DNA of 64,000 nucleotides from Escherichia coli (GTDB lineage Bacteria; Pseudomonadota; Gammaproteobacteria; Enterobacterales; Enterobacteriaceae): NCBI RefSeq assembly GCF_029227855.1, contig NZ_CP074356.1; one strand, 5' to 3'. Shown piece by piece: positions 30,233 to 44,499 of this stretch (position 1 is its first letter; each line of letters starts with the position of its first letter). The notes under the pieces were generated by a model. It saw only the letters and a program-made list of their open reading frames with translations, ran no database searches and was not told where the DNA came from. The position numbers and the translations under genes were made by a program.

Positions 30233-33200
30233 TTAACCGCTAATCTGCTCCATCGCCTGCAAAATACGCTTATCCGAAATCGGATAAGGCGTACCCAGTC
30301 GTTGAGCGAAGTAGCTGACGCGCAGCTCTTCTATCATCCAGCGGATCTCTTTCACGTCTTCATCCTCACGACGTGCAGGCGGTAGTTTGTTGAACCATTG
30401 CTGCCACGCCTGCTGGACGTTTTCGACTTTCAGCATCTGAGCACGGTCACGATGCGGATCAACCGCCAGTTTTTCCAGTCGTTTTTCAATCGCCTGCAAA
30501 TAACGCAGCGTGTCGCCCAGCCGTTTAAAACCGTTACCAGTGACAAAACCGCGATACACCAGCCCGCCCATCTGCGCTTTAATGTCAGAAAGCCCCAGCG
30601 CCATGGTCATATCCACCCGCCCTTTCAGACGTTTATTGATATTGAACACCGCAGTGAGGATTTGCTCGACCTGCTTCGCAATATCCACCACCGTGTCGTT
30701 CAGTTCAGCACGGACTTTTTCATGCAGCGCAGCAAAACCTTCTTCCGTCCAGACCGGGCCACCATTGGCATCGATCAGTTGATCCACACCGCAGGAGATA
30801 CAGTCGTCGATCAGCTCCAGCACTTTGCCATACGGGTTAAAGTAAAGTCCCAGCTTGGCTTTGTTTGGTAACTTCTCATGCAAATACTTGATCGGCGATG
30901 GAATATTCAGCAGCAGTAGACGGCGAAGACCGTTCCACATTGCCTGTTTTTGCTCCAGCGGGTTATCAAACAGTTTGATCGCCACACTGTCGCGCTCATC
31001 CACCAACGCTGGCCACGCCTTCACTTTGTAGTTGCCACGCTTCTGTTCGTAGCTTTCCGGCAGTTGCCCAAAACTCCAGATATGTAAGCCGCTCTGCTCG
31101 ATACCGTCATCCGCCACCGCAGACAGCGTTTCCTGCACTTTGCCTTTCAGCGCATCTTTCAGATCTTGTAGAGAGCGCCCTTCTTTTAGCTTCTTGTTTT
31201 TGTCATCCACCACGCGGAAGGTGATTTTCAGGTGATCAGGCACCTGATCCCAGTGCCAGTCTTCGCGGTCAACGGTAACGCCGGTCATCCGCCGTAACTC
31301 GCGCTCAAGGCTGTCGAGCAACGGTAACTCCAGCGGTGTGACGCGGCCTAAAAACGCTTCGGCGTAGTTTGGCGCGGGCACAAAATTACGGCGTACCGGT
31401 TTCGGCAACGATTTAATCAGTGCGATGATCAGTTCACGACGCAGGCCGGGGATTTGCCATTCAAACCCGCTCTCTTCTACCTGATTAAGCAGCGGCAGCG
31501 GAATATGCACGGTCACACCGTCCGCGTCCGCGCCGGGCTCAAACTGATAGCTCAAACGCAGCTTGAGATTGCCCTGATGCCAGAAGTTCGGATAATCCAG
31601 CTTGCTGATTTTTTCCGCCCCTTCTTTGATCAACATGCTCTTTTCAAAGTTGAGCAAATCAGGCGTTTCGCGGCTGACTTTTTTCCACCAGCTATCGAAG
31701 TGACGAGCGGAGATTACATCGTGGCTGATGCGCTGGTCGTAGAACTCAAACAGCGTTTCGTCATCAACCAGAATATCGCGGCGACGTGATTTGTGCTCCA
31801 GCTCTTCCACTTCGGCCCGTAGTTTCAGGTTTTCACGGAAGAATGCGTGACGCGTCTGCCAGTCACCTTCCACCAGCGCGTGGCGAATAAAGAGTTCACG
31901 ACATAACGCCGGATCGATCTGGCTGTAGTTGACCTTGCGCGCGGCAACAATCGGCAAGCCATAAACAGTGACTTTTTCCGTTGCCATCACCGCGCCCTGC
32001 GCCCGTTCCCAGTGCGGTTCGCTGTAGGTGCGTTTAATCAAATGCTGAGCAACTGGCTCCACCCATTCTGGATCGATGCGTGCCGCAATGCGCCCCCACA
32101 GGCGGCTGGTTTCTACCAGTTCCGCCACCATTACCCATTTCGGCGGCTTTTTAAATAAGCCGGAACCGGGGAAAATGGAGAAACGCGCGTTACGTGCGCC
32201 GGTATATTCTTGTTTATCGGCATCTTTCATGCCGATATGGGAAAGCAAACCCGTCAGCAACGCAATGTGAATTTCGCGATATTCCGCCGGTTCGCTGTTA
32301 ACCGGAATGCCAAGTTCTTTCACCACCTGGCGCAACTGGGTGTAGATATCCTGCCATTCGCGCACGCGCAGATAGTTGAGATAATCGGTACAACACAGGC
32401 GACGGAAGGCGTTGGAAGAAAGAGCCTTTTGCTGCTCGCCAAGATAATTCCACAGATTCACAAACGCGAGGAAGTCAGACTCTTTGTCGTGGAAGCGACA
32501 ATGTTTTTCGTCCGATGCCTGCTGTTTGTCCATCGGTCGTTCGCGCGGATCCTGGATGGAGAGCGCGGACGTGATAATCATCGCCTCACGCACGCAGCCA
32601 TGTTTTTGCGCTTCCAGCACCATACGCGCCAGACGAGGATCGACAGGCAACTGCGAGAGCTGGCGACCGAGCGGCGTCAGTTTATAGGCGCTGGCCTGTT
32701 CATCCGTGGTGATCGCGCCCAGCTCTTCGAGCAGACGCACGCCATCCTGGATATTACGTTTATCCGGTGCTTCGACAAATGGGAACGCGGCGATATCGCC
32801 CAACCCCAGCGCGGTCATCTGTAAAATAACCGAGGCCAGGTTGGTACGCAGAATCTCCGGATCGGTAAACTCCGGGCGCGAGAGGAAATCGTCTTCGGAA
32901 TAGAGACGAATACAGATCCCTTCGGACACACGACCACAGCGGCCTTTACGCTGGTTGGCAGACGCCTGCGAAATGGGCTCAATCGGCAAACGCTGCACTT
33001 TGGTGCGATAGCTGTAGCGGCTGATACGCGCCGTACCTGGGTCGATAACGTATTTAATCCCCGGTACGGTCAGCGACGTTTCCGCGACGTTGGTCGCCAG
33101 CACAATGCGCCGTCCACTGTGCGACTGGAACACGCGGTTCTGTTCGCTGTTCGAAAGCCGCGCATAAAGCGGCAAGATTTCGGTATGGCGTAAGTTCAGC

Positions 33201-34135
33201 TTGTTCAGCGCATCGGCGGTATCGCGAATTTCCCGCTCACCGCTCATAAAGATCAGAATGTCGCCGGGACTTTCCTGGCTCAGTTCGTCTACGGCGTCAA
33301 AAATCGCCTGCAACTGATCGCGCTCGGTATCATCGGCTTCTTCAACAATCGGGCGATAGCGCACTTCCACCGGATAGGTCCGGCCGGAGACTTCGATAAT
33401 CGGCGCATTATTAAAGTGGCGCGAAAAGCGTTCCGGGTCGATAGTCGCGGAAGTGATAATGATTTTTAGGTCAGGACGTCGCGGCAGCAACTCTTTCAAA
33501 TAGCCGAGCAGAAAATCGATATTCAGGCTGCGTTCGTGCGCTTCGTCAATAATGATAGTGTCGTACTGCATCAGCAGGCGGTCTTGCTGGATCTCCGCCA
33601 GCAGGATACCGTCGGTCATCAGCTTGACCATCGTATTATCACTTACGTGATCGCTGAAACGCACTTTGTAACCGATGCAACCGCCCGGCTCAGTTTTCAG
33701 CTCTTCCGCAATACGGTTGGCCACCGTTCGTGCCGCCAGACGACGCGGCTGGGTATGACCGATCAGCCCTTTAATCCCGCGCCCCAGCTCCATACAGATT
33801 TTCGGTAGCTGAGTCGTTTTACCGGAACCGGTTTCCCCGGCGACGATCACCACCTGGTGATCACGAATCGCTTCGAGAATGTCCTGCTTTTTCTGACTAA
33901 CCGGTAAATTGTCAGGATAAGTAATTTCCGGACGTGCCGCTTCACGCAGCAGGACTTTCCCTGCCGCCTGGTCAATCTCTTTCGCCATCTCCTGGAAAAT
34001 GGCCTGTTGTGCATCAGGATTTTTAACCTTCTTCACACCGTGAAGACGGCGTAAAAAACGCTGTCTGTCGCGCAGCATCAGCGAATCCAGCCGCTGCTGC
34101 AAGGCCGTAAAGGTCAATTTTTGTTGTTCTGTCAT
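30233..34135 (-). CDS. hrpA: DEAH-box ATP-dependent RNA helicase HrpA (1300 aa)
   Basis: Walker A GETGSGKTTQ, DEAH box and HA2/OB domains in the translation. Confidence 0.95.
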   Translation of the reverse strand: MTEQQKLTFTALQQRLDSLMLRDRQRFLRRLHGVKKVKNPDAQQAIFQEMAKEIDQAAGKVLLREAARPEITYPDNLPVSQKKQDILEAIRDHQVVIVAGETGSGKTTQLPKICMELGRGIKGLIGHTQPRRLAARTVANRIAEELKTEPGGCIGYKVRFSDHVSDNTMVKLMTDGILLAEIQQDRLLMQYDTIIIDEAHERSLNIDFLLGYLKELLPRRPDLKIIITSATIDPERFSRHFNNAPIIEVSGRTYPVEVRYRPIVEEADDTERDQLQAIFDAVDELSQESPGDILIFMSGEREIRDTADALNKLNLRHTEILPLYARLSNSEQNRVFQSHSGRRIVLATNVAETSLTVPGIKYVIDPGTARISRYSYRTKVQRLPIEPISQASANQRKGRCGRVSEGICIRLYSEDDFLSRPEFTDPEILRTNLASVILQMTALGLGDIAAFPFVEAPDKRNIQDGVRLLEELGAITTDEQASAYKLTPLGRQLSQLPVDPRLARMVLEAQKHGCVREAMIITSALSIQDPRERPMDKQQASDEKHCRFHDKESDFLAFVNLWNYLGEQQKALSSNAFRRLCCTDYLNYLRVREWQDIYTQLRQVVKELGIPVNSEPAEYREIHIALLTGLLSHIGMKDADKQEYTGARNARFSIFPGSGLFKKPPKWVMVAELVETSRLWGRIAARIDPEWVEPVAQHLIKRTYSEPHWERAQGAVMATEKVTVYGLPIVAARKVNYSQIDPALCRELFIRHALVEGDWQTRHAFFRENLKLRAEVEELEHKSRRRDILVDDETLFEFYDQRISHDVISARHFDSWWKKVSRETPDLLNFEKSMLIKEGAEKISKLDYPNFWHQGNLKLRLSYQFEPGADADGVTVHIPLPLLNQVEESGFEWQIPGLRRELIIALIKSLPKPVRRNFVPAPNYAEAFLGRVTPLELPLLDSLERELRRMTGVTVDREDWHWDQVPDHLKITFRVVDDKNKKLKEGRSLQDLKDALKGKVQETLSAVADDGIEQSGLHIWSFGQLPESYEQKRGNYKVKAWPALVDERDSVAIKLFDNPLEQKQAMWNGLRRLLLLNIPSPIKYLHEKLPNKAKLGLYFNPYGKVLELIDDCISCGVDQLIDANGGPVWTEEGFAALHEKVRAELNDTVVDIAKQVEQILTAVFNINKRLKGRVDMTMALGLSDIKAQMGGLVYRGFVTGNGFKRLGDTLRYLQAIEKRLEKLAVDPHRDRAQMLKVENVQQAWQQWFNKLPPARREDEDVKEIRWMIEELRVSYFAQRLGTPYPISDKRILQAMEQISG

Positions 34136-34326
34136 AACGTTAGTGGGCAGTAGTCTGCCTGATTAATTTTCTTTTAAATGATAGATATAGAGTACCACAT
34201 CGCGGCTTTCTATGCGTTGTTCAATAAATTCGAACATAGGCTTCGATTTATTGCGCTATCTCTGTGGCAGGATTGTGAATAAAGTGTCAACAAGCAACGG
34301 GGCATCGCCCATTCAAACATCTATAA

Positions 34327-34941
<615 letters not shown>

Positions 34942-34955
34942 CCGGACACGATCTT

Positions 34956-34985
34956 GATGTGGACTGTAGATATTCAGTCCACATC
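34956..34985. terminator. Hairpin gatgtggactg/cagtccacatc between convergent azoR and ynbD
   Basis: Seen directly. Confidence 0.45.
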
Positions 34986-34994
34986 TCAATCCGC

Positions 34995-38049
<3,055 letters not shown>

Positions 38050-38064
38050 TTTCTCTATTTTCCT

Positions 38065-38961
38065 TCAGTAACAGCAGTAGCGAATAAAATAAAAAAATAC
38101 CGGAGCGGTGAAAATTAATGAGTCAATCCTGTCAAGGAGTCCGCCATGTCCTGGTAATAGTTTTCCACTATCTTTAACACCAATATCTCGTTTGATGGCT
38201 GACATCACTACATCGCCGCAAAAACCACTAATACCAATTAACAAACCCGCTAATAATGCCTGTAATGTATCTAGCGGTGTCAGCAACGGTCCAATAATCA
38301 GTGACGCAATCATGGTGGTGATTACGCCGCCCATCAGACCTTCCAATGTTTTTCCCGGGCTGACTTTAGGGACCACTTTTCTTCTGCCGCAGGATTTTCC
38401 CCATAAATACTGTGCAATATCGTTTGACTCGGTTAATGCCAAAAGAAATAACACCAGTAACGCCCCGCCCTGGATATTTGTGGTTGGCAACATTAATAAC
38501 CAGGCGGCATGACTCAAGGCGAAAACGGTCATTATCCAGCCACAAAAAATGGCGCTCACGGTATGCAGAAAACCGGAGGGGTCACCCACTAAAACTCGCC
38601 AGGTGGCTAATATCAGAAACCCAGCCAAAGGTATAAATAACAGAAACAGCTCAAAGCAATTAAAACCGATAAGCAAATAGTTAAGAGGAATACCCCAATA
38701 TAACCAACGCGGAAAATGTACAGATATAAGCGTACAATATTCTTTCAATGCCAGAAAACTTATCAGCGCAAAAAACGTCAACGTCATCCAGCGTGGACCT
38801 GAAATCACCATTGAAAAACAAATGACGATGCCCCACCAAGTACGAATACGTAATGTAACTTCATCCCCTTTTCTCTCCGGTAACCGCCATACCAGAAAAC
38901 GGTTTATCAGCGTTGCTAAAATTAACAACGCGAAAAGTGTTGCCAGAGATTTTTCCAGCAT
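38065..38961 (-). CDS. ynbB: YnbB, CdsA-paralogue (phosphatidate cytidylyltransferase family), 298 aa
   Basis: Multi-TM ORF with CTP-transferase-1 family features; synteny. Confidence 0.85.
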   Translation of the reverse strand: MLEKSLATLFALLILATLINRFLVWRLPERKGDEVTLRIRTWWGIVICFSMVISGPRWMTLTFFALISFLALKEYCTLISVHFPRWLYWGIPLNYLLIGFNCFELFLLFIPLAGFLILATWRVLVGDPSGFLHTVSAIFCGWIMTVFALSHAAWLLMLPTTNIQGGALLVLFLLALTESNDIAQYLWGKSCGRRKVVPKVSPGKTLEGLMGGVITTMIASLIIGPLLTPLDTLQALLAGLLIGISGFCGDVVMSAIKRDIGVKDSGKLLPGHGGLLDRIDSLIFTAPVFFYFIRYCCY

Positions 38962-39566
38962 TATCTTTCAGCGCTCATAAGAAGCACACTCCGACAACGA
39001 TTAATCGCAGTCCAGAGAAGCAGAATTGAAGCAATGCTCCATAAAAGATTATTCCATTGCATCCATTGTGGATAAATGGCAATGGCCAGACCCCACAGAC
39101 CAAATATTAACGCGCGATCGCTTTTGCCAAATGGACCGACATAACTACGAATACCGTTAATCGTCTGCGCGAGTAAACCGCAAAACTCGGTCAATATGGT
39201 GCAAAATAACATGATTATCACGAGTGATGCGTTACTTTCCGGTAAAAATAAAAACGGTAAATAGAGCGCAATATCGGAAATAACATCGCCAGTCTCATTC
39301 AAAATCGCCCCAAGACGTGTTTGCTGATTGCACTCACGCGCCAACATGCCATCCAGCGCATTGAGTGCCATACGAATAAAAAGCACAATGGGCAATAGCA
39401 AAAAGAGGATGGGTTGTGCCACCAACATCAACAGCAATCCGCTAAGAAGAGAAAGTGCCAGTGCAGCAAGAGTGATGTGATTCGCTGTAACATGGTGCTT
39501 ATTAAGCCAAAACATCGTCGGCCTTAACAGCGACTGAAAGAGCGGTTTTATCTGGTAGAGCGTCAT
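38961..39566 (-). CDS. ynbA: YnbA, CDP-alcohol phosphatidyltransferase-family membrane protein (~201 aa)
   Basis: CDP-alcohol phosphotransferase motif region (DGMLAR...G...D) in the translation; first gene of ynbABCD. Confidence 0.8.
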   Translation of the reverse strand: MTLYQIKPLFQSLLRPTMFWLNKHHVTANHITLAALALSLLSGLLLMLVAQPILFLLLPIVLFIRMALNALDGMLARECNQQTRLGAILNETGDVISDIALYLPFLFLPESNASLVIIMLFCTILTEFCGLLAQTINGIRSYVGPFGKSDRALIFGLWGLAIAIYPQWMQWNNLLWSIASILLLWTAINRCRSVLLMSAER

Positions 39567-39734
39567 TATCAATCCTTGATAATTCTGTTTGCGCTATGGT
39601 GCATCAATTGCCCTGACAGAGATATCGCAACACGCCGCTTCAATAAAAATTCAGAATATATCAAGGTATTGGGGCTCACTGTCAGGAATGATTATCCACA
39701 ATTAATCAAATAGTTAAAAATATTACGCTGTTAT

Positions 39735-42041
39735 TCAATGCAACTCATCAAGTTTTCTCATCGCTTGTTCCCGTATTGCGCGCGTCTTATCGTTAAGCGC
39801 CAGCTGCCGAACTAAATCCAGTTCAGGGTTAACAAGCTCTAACGCCAGCAAAGGATCACGTTTCAGCCTCGCCTTTAATACATCAACTGGAAAACGGGGA
39901 TTATTCATCGCCACAATCCACCACTCGGGATCAATTTCTGCCGCCAGTACTGCAGGCGGTGTGTGGCGGTTGTTAAGTGCGCCGAACTTGAAAAATGTGA
40001 GATTGCTTTTCGCCAGTGTACTCCACCATATACGATCCGGTTGTTTTGCCAGTTTATCCAGTTGTGCTAACGCATCGGGGTCTAGTGCATAATAAACACG
40101 TAACGCTTCGTTAACCTGCGCACGGGAACTGTTTTCCTGCCTCAGAAAAAACTTCGCCCAAATATCATTGCGTGGCGTGTTTTGCTGTAATTCCTTGAGA
40201 ACAACAGCGGGTAAATTATCCCAACTAATTAATGCACTCTCTAAAAAGTCCCAGTCGTCCGAACGTATCAGAGAGGTGGCATTTAATAGCATCTGGTCAT
40301 CAACTTCACCGTAGCTGATAAGCTCAGACAAAATCATATCAGCGCTGGTTTCATATGCATCTGAATCTGCTTTGGGATTATTTTTCCGATGCGATAAAGC
40401 ACGTTGCCAAATTTTTTGTTTCATCGACGTGCTCAGATACTGATTTTTCGCCAAATTACTCCACCCCTCAGGATCGTTGAAACGTGTCAATAACCGTTGT
40501 AAAGCAGCGTCAGAGTGAATTACCTGCATATCCCGACAGCAAAAGTAGGCAGGGGATTTTTTCTCCATCTTTTTAACAAAATTAAACTGTAAGTTATCTG
40601 GCAATGCTAAAAATAACACACGTATTAGATCATCGTCATTCTCGAATTTTTGGTATAAATATACTGCTATTTTGTCACTCTCTTGTGGCGTCATCCGCAA
40701 CAATTGACCATGGTGTTTCATCTCTGCCAGCTTTGACGCTAAGCTTGTGACAACATCGTTTGATGAATCGTTCGCCAACTGCATTGCCTGATTGTAGGTG
40801 AGTTGTCCTCCAGCACCGACCTGACGAATAGAGAAATCATCACTGCGGATATAGCCATCAATAATGGATTCGGGCAATAACCACGCATCTTTATAAAGCT
40901 CCTGAATGATCATATCCCAATCTCTTTTCGCCAGAGTCATGACGATATCCAGAGGGAGATTTTCACGTAGCGCAAGATTCAACGGACCGACACCATCAGG
41001 TAGATGACTCATTCGCGTCATTATTTCGACAGAGAGCGGTTCACGGTCGAGCAACCCCAGAACAACAGGCTGGTAACCCAATTGCTGATCGGTCAACTCC
41101 AGAATCTCATTGTCAGGCATATATCTCGCCATACTTGCAATCGTTTGTCCATCATTGCTATTAATAAGTTGTTTGCGTAGGTTAGCTGAAATTCCTTTAA
41201 GCCTTGGGAGAGTTCGCATTATGGCAAGATCAAATGTCGCAATGTCTCGTCCTTCAAATGCAGCAACGTTGCCTTCATCCAGCATTTGTAATTCCTGCAC
41301 TAATTCAGGTGAAGGCTTAGGGCGAAACAGCGCTTCTTTTTTCATCTGATTACAGACATTCCCTGCTATGCGAATATTGCTTCGCTTAAAAATTTCTTTC
41401 AGAGCATCTTCATCATTTATTAGGCCCCAATAATATGCATCAGGATTTATTATCGTCAGCGCTTTTTTGACATTTTCAGTGTCATTTTTGTCACTCGCAC
41501 GGACCATGAATTCACTATTTGTCGAAGACGCAACAACAGGTGCGATTATATCATTGATAAATATCCCGCGCGCATTAATACTCCCCTTAATCGTAGACGG
41601 ATTATCGTAATATGAGTCGATAAATACCAGTCCACTTGCATTTATCGAACCGGTAATTAACAGTGGTGAATCCGTAACTATATTCGTTGCCGTCACGTTA
41701 CCGAGAATAACCCATGGATTAGAAAGAGAGAAAGTGGAAATATTACCTTTGACTGTCAAATTGCCAAGAACAATCAATTTTTGATTACTCTCTATATTAC
41801 CTTCTACCACTAAATCGCCACGATGCACTTTCCAGTCCGATGCAGATAAACCGAAGGGGACAAGATTCACGCTACTGTTGATAGCTTGTTCAACTTGTTG
41901 TTTATCTTCAGCGGTAGCCGCAGAAAAAAATGGTTCAATATCAACTGCATTTGCAACACATCGAAGTTCCGCCTGTACTGGAAGACTCAGCATAAACAGG
42001 GGAAGTAAACCTATCCAGCTGCAAATCCTGGGCTTAAACAT
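39735..42041 (-). CDS. ydbD: Uncharacterised large secreted protein YdbD (~768 aa)
   Basis: 770-aa ORF with N-terminal signal peptide; synteny. Confidence 0.85.
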   Translation of the reverse strand: MFKPRICSWIGLLPLFMLSLPVQAELRCVANAVDIEPFFSAATAEDKQQVEQAINSSVNLVPFGLSASDWKVHRGDLVVEGNIESNQKLIVLGNLTVKGNISTFSLSNPWVILGNVTATNIVTDSPLLITGSINASGLVFIDSYYDNPSTIKGSINARGIFINDIIAPVVASSTNSEFMVRASDKNDTENVKKALTIINPDAYYWGLINDEDALKEIFKRSNIRIAGNVCNQMKKEALFRPKPSPELVQELQMLDEGNVAAFEGRDIATFDLAIMRTLPRLKGISANLRKQLINSNDGQTIASMARYMPDNEILELTDQQLGYQPVVLGLLDREPLSVEIMTRMSHLPDGVGPLNLALRENLPLDIVMTLAKRDWDMIIQELYKDAWLLPESIIDGYIRSDDFSIRQVGAGGQLTYNQAMQLANDSSNDVVTSLASKLAEMKHHGQLLRMTPQESDKIAVYLYQKFENDDDLIRVLFLALPDNLQFNFVKKMEKKSPAYFCCRDMQVIHSDAALQRLLTRFNDPEGWSNLAKNQYLSTSMKQKIWQRALSHRKNNPKADSDAYETSADMILSELISYGEVDDQMLLNATSLIRSDDWDFLESALISWDNLPAVVLKELQQNTPRNDIWAKFFLRQENSSRAQVNEALRVYYALDPDALAQLDKLAKQPDRIWWSTLAKSNLTFFKFGALNNRHTPPAVLAAEIDPEWWIVAMNNPRFPVDVLKARLKRDPLLALELVNPELDLVRQLALNDKTRAIREQAMRKLDELH

Positions 42042-42104
42042 ATGCACTCCATGCCATTAAAAAAGAAACAAAAGGGAAATGCATCTTTCCCTTTTGTATA
42101 TTCG

Positions 42105-42965
42105 TTATTCTCGCGATATACCATCCAACGTAGACAACACTTCCTCAGAAAGATGCAATTTTTCAGCAGCCATATTCTCCCGTAAATGCGCAACAGAAGA
42201 CGTCCCTGGGATCAGCAAAATATTCGGTGAACGTTGTAACAGCCACGCCAGCGCCACCTGCATGGGTGTTGCACCCAGGCTCGCAGCAACATCCGACAGC
42301 GTAGAGGATTGCAGCGGTGTAAAGCCCCCGAGCGGGAAGAACGGCACGTAAGCAATGCCATCGTGGGCCAAAGCATCAATCATTGCATCATCAGCACGGT
42401 GCGCGATGTTGTATTCGTTTTGCACACAGACAATTTCGGCAATCTTGCGCGCCTCTGCAACCTGCGTCGGTGTGACGTTGCTCAGGCCAATATGTTTTAC
42501 CAGGCCTTGTTGTTGCATCTCTGCCAGCACGGTCAGGCTGGCCTCAATCGATCCTTCCGCTGGGCCATGACCATCCCCCATCATAACGCGCAGGTTAACC
42601 ACATCCAGTACGTCCAGGCCGAGATTACGTAGATTATCGTGCACCGCTTTTTGCAACTCTGCCGGAGAACAGGCGGGCAACCAGGAAGCGTCCTCTCCAC
42701 GCCGCGCACCAATTTTAGTGACAATTGTCAGGTCGTCAGAGTAAGGATAAAGCGCTTCGCGGATAATCTGATTGGTGACGTGCGGACCATAAAAGTCGCT
42801 GGTATCAATGTGATTGACGCCCAATGCCAGCGCCTCGCGCAGTACAGTTATAGCGACGTGGCGATCTCTTGGGGGGCCAAAAACCCCAGGACCTGCCAGT
42901 TGCATCGCGCCATAACCAAGACGGTTAACGGATTTTGTACCGAGAGTAAATGTATTGCTGCTCAT
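42105..42965 (-). CDS. ydbC: Aldo-keto reductase family oxidoreductase YdbC (286 aa)
   Basis: AKR fold in the translation; length as in K-12. Confidence 0.9.
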   Translation of the reverse strand: MSSNTFTLGTKSVNRLGYGAMQLAGPGVFGPPRDRHVAITVLREALALGVNHIDTSDFYGPHVTNQIIREALYPYSDDLTIVTKIGARRGEDASWLPACSPAELQKAVHDNLRNLGLDVLDVVNLRVMMGDGHGPAEGSIEASLTVLAEMQQQGLVKHIGLSNVTPTQVAEARKIAEIVCVQNEYNIAHRADDAMIDALAHDGIAYVPFFPLGGFTPLQSSTLSDVAASLGATPMQVALAWLLQRSPNILLIPGTSSVAHLRENMAAEKLHLSEEVLSTLDGISRE

Positions 42966-43124
42966 CGCACCCTGCCCTGTAATAAAACGGATTGAGAAAA
43001 ATCAGTATAGAAACGAAAAGAGATAAATAATGCGAAGGCGTAAACAAGATTACTGGATGAGTTGCTCTATTGTCCTGAAAGACACCAAAACAAAACGCGT
43101 AAAGCGCCGCATTCGGCAATAAAA

Positions 43125-43833
43125 TAAATATCCTCCGGCATAGCCGGAGGTTTTTCAAATGCGCCTATAAGGCTCTCTTACCAGCCGCGCCCTAACAGGC
43201 GCACACGATCTGACATTTGCATCCAACTTCGTTACTTACGGCCCGTAAACGGGCTGCCCGGATAGGGAATCGATAACTGCTCTCCCATTTTATCCTCTTC
43301 AAGCTGGTGCTTTATGTAATCCTGTATCTTCGCCGTGTTCTTACCCACCGTATCGACGTAGTACCCTCTGCACCAGAACTCCCTGTTCCTGTATTTGAAT
43401 TTCAAATCACCAAACTGCTCGTAAAGCATCAGACTGCTTTTCCCTTTCAGATATCCCATAAAGCCGGATACGCTCATTTTGGGCGGGATCTCCACAAGCA
43501 TATGGATATGATCTGCACAGCATTCAGCTTCCAGAATCCGTACACTTTTCCACTCACACAGCTTTCTCAAAATACTGCCTATTGCTCTACGCTTCTCTCT
43601 GTAGAACACCTGTCTTCGGTATTTTGGCGCAAAAACTATGTGATATTTACAGTTCCATCGGGTGTGCGCTAAGCTCTTTTCGTTCCCCATTGGGACCCCC
43701 TTTTGATTTCTTGTTTGACACTTGCAGTTGCCAGACCGCAAGGTGTTTTAACAAATCAAAAGGGGTTTTAATAACTGGCTTAAAGCTGAAAGCTTTCCGG
43801 AACCCCCAGCCTAGCTGGGGGTTTTCTGTGCAC
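43125..43833 (-). mobile_element. IS200-family insertion sequence, copy 2, ~709 bp, same orientation as copy 1 and about 99% identical to it
   Basis: Collinear with copy 1 over the full length with about 7 substitutions noticed by eye; occupies the position where K-12 has ydbA. Confidence 0.85.
43232..43690 (-). CDS. tnpA: IS200 TnpA, Y1 HUH transposase (152 aa)
   Basis: Identical to the copy 1 TnpA except Ile instead of Thr after the putative catalytic Tyr (QDYIKHQ). Confidence 0.9.
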   Translation of the reverse strand: MGNEKSLAHTRWNCKYHIVFAPKYRRQVFYREKRRAIGSILRKLCEWKSVRILEAECCADHIHMLVEIPPKMSVSGFMGYLKGKSSLMLYEQFGDLKFKYRNREFWCRGYYVDTVGKNTAKIQDYIKHQLEEDKMGEQLSIPYPGSPFTGRK

Positions 43834-43863
43834 AAAAAACCGCAACCTGTATCAGCGTTGCGG
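43834..43863 (-). terminator. Intrinsic terminator of paaY (ccgcaac/gttgcgg hairpin plus T6 on the minus strand); the T-tract directly abuts the IS200 end
   Basis: Seen directly. Confidence 0.5.
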
Positions 43864-43908
43864 TTTAGGTATCACATGCTAAAAATTAGAACGTCCAGCA
43901 TCAGGACG

Positions 43909-44499
43909 TTACTGTTTCGGTCGCAGATTCTCATCAAATACCAAGCGTTTCCTGCCAGGTTCAACTTCCCGCAATGGCTCAACTTGATGTAACGTCTGCT
44001 TACAGCGTGTCACCAGCACCTGGTACTCATGCGTACCCTGCTTTTTCCATGCCAACTCCTGCTCACTGAGTTCACGAATCGCTTTCGCCGGGCTGCCGAC
44101 AATCAGGTAATTAGCAGGCATTTCTGCTTTGGCTTTCACAAATGCGGATGCACCCACAATACTGTTCTCACCAATCACCGCACCGTCCATCACTACCGCA
44201 TTCATTCCCACTAATGCATTGCGGCGGATAATGCAGCCGTGAAGGATAGCGCTATGACCAATATGCCCATCTTCTTCCACGACAGTATCCTGCTCGGGAA
44301 AACCGTGCATAACGCAATTATCCTGAATGTTCGCGCCATCTTTCACCACGATACGACCAAAATCGCCACGCAGGCTGGCATTTGGCCCAACGTACACGCC
44401 CTTGCCGAGAATAACATCGCCGATCAATACCGCTGTCGGATGGACAAAACTCTCTTCTGGCACAACCGGAGTCAGACCGTCTATCTGATAAATTGGCAT
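43909..44499 (-). CDS. paaY: Hexapeptide-repeat acyl-CoA thioesterase PaaY (196 aa)
   Basis: Left-handed beta-helix hexapeptide pattern; recognised sequence. Confidence 0.95.
   Translation of the reverse strand: MPIYQIDGLTPVVPEESFVHPTAVLIGDVILGKGVYVGPNASLRGDFGRIVVKDGANIQDNCVMHGFPEQDTVVEEDGHIGHSAILHGCIIRRNALVGMNAVVMDGAVIGENSIVGASAFVKAKAEMPANYLIVGSPAKAIRELSEQELAWKKQGTHEYQVLVTRCKQTLHQVEPLREVEPGRKRLVFDENLRPKQ

Noticed and set aside
32210-32824. 204-aa plus-strand ORF inside hrpA, and similar long antisense ORFs (e.g. 10683..11423, 5855..6496, 28326..28964, 34348..35010, 55573..55878, 58890..59597)
   Set aside because: They lie entirely within or antisense to well-supported genes, lack RBS context and have low-complexity or Arg/Ser-rich compositions typical of shadow frames.
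43095-43120. REP element next to IS200 copy 2 (aagcgccgcattcggca)
   Set aside because: Only a partial, mismatched match to the REP consensus; treated as a possible remnant rather than an annotated repeat.
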